From: Synechococcus elongatus PCC 6301
GTDB taxonomy: Bacteria; Cyanobacteriota; Cyanobacteriia; Synechococcales; Synechococcaceae
Assembly (NCBI RefSeq): GCF_000010065.1
Contig: NC_006576.1
Coordinates: forward strand, 270,001-302,000
Length of the DNA stretch: 32,000 bases
Direction: 5' to 3'
How positions within the stretch are numbered: position 1 is the stretch's first letter; each line of letters opens with the position of its first letter. The notes beneath the pieces are model-generated. The model saw only the letters and a program-made list of their open reading frames with translations. It was not told the origin of the DNA and did no database searches. This document shows, piece after piece, positions 29,042 to 32,000 of this stretch. Made by a program: the position numbers and the translations under genes.

Positions 29042-30430
29042 ATGCCTCATGCCATCGTGCAACAGGCCCAGCCTGCCCTGGAATTCATTCCGCCTGACTA
29101 TCAGCCCTGGCTGCATCGACTGGTCAAGCTAGTTTTACCGTTCCTGTTACGCGCCCAAAAAATTCAGCGGGTTGAGGCCACAGGGATTGAGGAGCTAGCA
29201 GGGCTACTGGCACAATTTCAAGCCCGTCAAGTTCGCCTGATTTTGGCTTTTCGACATCCCAGCACCCAAGCCCCCCTTGTTTTGGCCCATTTGCTTTGGA
29301 AAACCATCCCGACGGTGGCACGCCACAATCACATTCCGCTGCGATCGCCGGTGCATAGTCAATTCCTCTACGATCGCGGCATTCCGATCTGGGCCGGTCA
29401 GTTCACAGGCTGGGTGCTGTCGAAGTTGGGGGGGATTCCAATTCAGCGCGGCAAGTTAGACCGCACTGCCCTCAAAACAGCCCGCGATCGCTTAGTCAAT
29501 GGCAACTTTCCCCTCGCGATCGCCCCCGAAGGGGCCACCAATAATCACAGTGAAATCCTCAGCCCGTTGGAACCGGGCATTGCTCAGTTAGCCTTTTGGT
29601 GTTGTGATGACCTAGCCGCTGACGATCGCGCTGAAGCGGTCGTAATCGTCCCAATCGGTCTGCAATATCCTTTCGTCAACAAGCAGGATTGGCACGCGAT
29701 CGACCATTTGTTGACGGAACTAGAGCAAGACCTCAACCTCTCCAGCCTCTTACCTTCCTCAATCGATGATCCGGCCGCACGTCGCTACGCCCGTCTGGCG
29801 CGACTGGGGCTACAAATGCTCACCACCTTTGAAACCTTTTACCGGGAAGCCTATGGCCAAACCCTAGACCCCAATCCGGCAGACCCTGCAACCGCATCAA
29901 CGGCCTATCCAGACTTTGCCAGACGACTTCAGCAGCTGCGGGAAGTGGCCCTGTCAGTGGCGGAATCCCACTTCAATCTGCCGGCTAAAGGTTCAATTAG
30001 CGATCGCTGTCGTCGCATTGAACAGGCAGGCTGGGATCGCATCTATCGCGATGATTTAGATCAGCTTTCGCTAGTGGCGCGAGGGTTGGCCGACTGGAAT
30101 GCTACGGAAGCCAGTATTCGCATGGGGCACATGAGGCTAGTAGAGCATTTTGCCGCCGTCTCAGGCTCCTACGTCCGCGAGAAACCGACGATTGATCGCT
30201 ACGCAGAAGTGCTGACGATCATGGCGCGGGCAATCGCTTGGACTCAAGGTCGCAGTCCCCAGTCCGTCTCTAAACTCAGCCAACGGATTGCCAAGCTACA
30301 AATCGGGCAGCCGATCAACGTCAGCGATCGCTATCTGGACTATCGCCAAAACCGGCGAAGTGCGATCGAGCAACTCACCTGTGACCTAACCAATCGTCTC
30401 GAACAATCCATCCAAACCTCGACTCACTGA
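29042..30430 (+). CDS. Putative 1-acyl-sn-glycerol-3-phosphate acyltransferase-family protein
   Basis: 'RLILAFRHPSTQAPLVLAHLLWK' (HxxxxxP variant of the HX4D box), 'GGIPIQRGKLDRTALKTARDRLVNGNFPLAIAPEGATN' (PEG motif). ORF opens at TTG 29015; ATG at 29042 preferred. Confidence 0.75.
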   Translation: MPHAIVQQAQPALEFIPPDYQPWLHRLVKLVLPFLLRAQKIQRVEATGIEELAGLLAQFQARQVRLILAFRHPSTQAPLVLAHLLWKTIPTVARHNHIPLRSPVHSQFLYDRGIPIWAGQFTGWVLSKLGGIPIQRGKLDRTALKTARDRLVNGNFPLAIAPEGATNNHSEILSPLEPGIAQLAFWCCDDLAADDRAEAVVIVPIGLQYPFVNKQDWHAIDHLLTELEQDLNLSSLLPSSIDDPAARRYARLARLGLQMLTTFETFYREAYGQTLDPNPADPATASTAYPDFARRLQQLREVALSVAESHFNLPAKGSISDRCRRIEQAGWDRIYRDDLDQLSLVARGLADWNATEASIRMGHMRLVEHFAAVSGSYVREKPTIDRYAEVLTIMARAIAWTQGRSPQSVSKLSQRIAKLQIGQPINVSDRYLDYRQNRRSAIEQLTCDLTNRLEQSIQTSTH

Positions 30431-30497
30431 GTCCGTTCTGCAGTCCAGTCGAGTACGGAGATGGTCTCTCAGGCTGTCAGTCTTATTCGCTAGGGAA

Positions 30498-32000
30498 TTA
30501 GAACAGTCGCCCTCGGCGGCCATCCGGCAGAATCGTCCACCAGTTCGTTTTCGCCATCTTTAGCTGCACCGGCGTCAGCTTGGCACCCCGCAAGTTAGCC
30601 CCGCAAAGATTCGTGCCCCGCAGGTTGGCATTGCTCAAAATGGCATCGCTGAGATCTGCCTTCTGCAAATTGGCGAAACTGAGATCGGCGTTGCCAAAGT
30701 AGGCCTGATGAAGATTGGCTCGTCGCAAATTGGCGCGGTGGAGATTGGCCTGACCAAAATCTGCACGCTCTAACTGAGCGGCAACAAAGAGCGATTCCTT
30801 GAGTTGAGCCCCTTGAAAGTTGACGCTGGGCAACTGTGATTCACTCAGGTCAATCCGGTTGAGCGGTTGCTGACTAAAATCACGCCGTCCACGCTGGTAG
30901 GTTGCCAGAATGTCACGGGCATTGAGGCTGAGTCGTCCAGCACTGTTATTGCCCGAGGTATTGCTCGTCCCACCTGTCCAAGCGGCGATTTGCTGTGCAT
31001 CTGCCAGTTGCTCAGGCCGATTGCCACTGCGATCGCGGCGTCGAGCGCGAATGGCCTCAGCTTGACGCTCTTGGGGTGAAGGATAGCCTGATCCGGTTCG
31101 TCCAGAGGAGGGTTTGATCGGCGGGGCACCTGGGGGCAAGGCACTGAGGCCCTGAATCAGACTGTCGTGGTAAGGCTGTAAATCCAGAGCCGTCATCACT
31201 TGCTCAGCTCGTTGGTAGCGATAGCGCACAGAAGCTGCCAACATCTTGCCGAGTACGGTTGCGAGGGCATCACTGACCTGCACCGAATTACGCCACAACA
31301 GCTCGCCAGTAACCGGGTTGTAATCCAGATCTTGAGGGCCTTTCCCGGTCATCAAGAACAGACAGGTCACTCCCAAGGAATAGAGATCGCTGCTGTAGAC
31401 AGGCCGCATGGCAAGTTGCTCGGGCGGCGCATAACCACGGGTGCCGACAGAGAAGGAGGTCAAGGCTGTCAGGCCACTGCCGCCCTGGATTTGACTGACT
31501 TGGTCTTTGACCGCGCCAAAGTCGATCAGGACAAGGCGGCGATCGATGTCGCGGCGGAGCAAATTCGCTGGCTTGATGTCCCGATGAATCACGCCTTGGT
31601 TATGCAAATACTGCAGGAGGGGCAGCAGTTCACTCAGGAATTGCTTGGTCGCTGTTTCGCTATAAACTCCCTGCTCCCGTACTTCCTGCTCAAGAGTTTT
31701 GCCCCGAATATATTCTTGAACTAGATAAAAGCCTTCGGGGGCTTCGAAATAATCCAACAGTGTCGGGACTTGGGGATGGCTGCCAATGCGGCCGAGGGTT
31801 TTGGCCTCCCGCCGGAATAGCTCCCGCGCCATCAGCATAATTTCAGGGTCTTGCACCTGGGGCAGCAGCTGCTTGATGACGCAGAGGGGTTCTCCTGGCA
31901 ACTGGAGGTCTTGCCCAAGATAGGTCGCTCCAAATCCACCCTGGCCGATCGCCTTGACCACGCGGTAGCGATCGCGCAGCAGGAGCGGTGAGCCGCAAGT
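30498..32000 (-). CDS. Serine/threonine protein kinase with C-terminal pentapeptide repeats; N-terminus lies beyond the window
   Basis: 'IGQGGFGATYLG', 'VIHRDIKPANLL', 'LVLIDFGAVK', 'GTRGYAPPEQ', then repeats 'ADFGQANLHRANLRRANLHQAYFGNADLSFANLQKADLS'. The frame stays open to the window edge (upstream codons read CGSPLLLRDRYRVVKAIG). Confidence 0.92.
   Translation of the reverse strand, partial: TCGSPLLLRDRYRVVKAIGQGGFGATYLGQDLQLPGEPLCVIKQLLPQVQDPEIMLMARELFRREAKTLGRIGSHPQVPTLLDYFEAPEGFYLVQEYIRGKTLEQEVREQGVYSETATKQFLSELLPLLQYLHNQGVIHRDIKPANLLRRDIDRRLVLIDFGAVKDQVSQIQGGSGLTALTSFSVGTRGYAPPEQLAMRPVYSSDLYSLGVTCLFLMTGKGPQDLDYNPVTGELLWRNSVQVSDALATVLGKMLAASVRYRYQRAEQVMTALDLQPYHDSLIQGLSALPPGAPPIKPSSGRTGSGYPSPQERQAEAIRARRRDRSGNRPEQLADAQQIAAWTGGTSNTSGNNSAGRLSLNARDILATYQRGRRDFSQQPLNRIDLSESQLPSVNFQGAQLKESLFVAAQLERADFGQANLHRANLRRANLHQAYFGNADLSFANLQKADLSDAILSNANLRGTNLCGANLRGAKLTPVQLKMAKTNWWTILPDGRRGRLF

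Larger units (their letters stand above)
1..32000. repeat. HIP1 palindromes (GCGATCGC) dispersed through the whole window
   Basis: Dozens of copies in genes and intergenic DNA on visual reading (e.g. 1967-1976 GGCGATCGCC, also near 4427, 5345, 5958, 6208, 7493, 8325); a random 8-mer would be expected about 0.5 times in 32 kb. Confidence 0.95.

Noticed and set aside
30700-30900. Apparent short tandem periodicity in the DNA of the kinase gene
   Set aside because: Explained by protein-level pentapeptide repeats (A(D/N)LxxA pattern), not a separate repeat element.
1-32000. CRISPR arrays, tRNAs/rRNAs, toxin-antitoxin, restriction-modification, retron or biosynthetic clusters
   Set aside because: Looked for and not seen: no regularly spaced repeats, no recognisable tRNA arms or rRNA stretches, and no matching protein families in the track. 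A tRNAscan-SE/Infernal and PADLOC/DefenseFinder run would settle this.

Overview
This 32 kb window is gene-dense and looks like ordinary cyanobacterial chromosome. The HIP1 palindrome GCGATCGC recurs very often, and the gene set is close to Synechococcus elongatus (an inference; no search was run). Supported genes in order: C-terminal part of a hypothetical protein, CHAD-domain protein, pyrR, a zinc-type ABC importer (znuB/znuC divergent from znuA) with a Zur-like box between, trmFO, ftsH, aspS, an ABC exporter, a frame-disrupted IS630-type transposase remnant, a CmpR-like LysR regulator, a methylenetetrahydrofolate reductase-like gene, trpS, an ABC-2 permease, a DUF3172-like membrane protein, a duplicated-ATPase peptide/nickel ABC protein, two small hypothetical proteins, a universal stress protein, short-form recQ, 5-formyltetrahydrofolate cyclo-ligase, a DUF362 protein, a membrane GGDEF protein, an ACT-malic enzyme fusion, a 2OG-Fe(II) oxygenase-like protein, a putative acyltransferase, and a Ser/Thr kinase with pentapeptide repeats running off the right edge. 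I found no CRISPR array, tRNA, rRNA or defence/BGC island, and no convincing new multi-gene system. The best leads are small: the ~790 bp gap at 25694-26480 (terminator-like hairpin plus an untracked 59-codon ORF), the Zur-like box, a near-palindrome upstream of the LysR gene, hairpins before two + strand genes, and the A6-tract frameshift in the transposase remnant.
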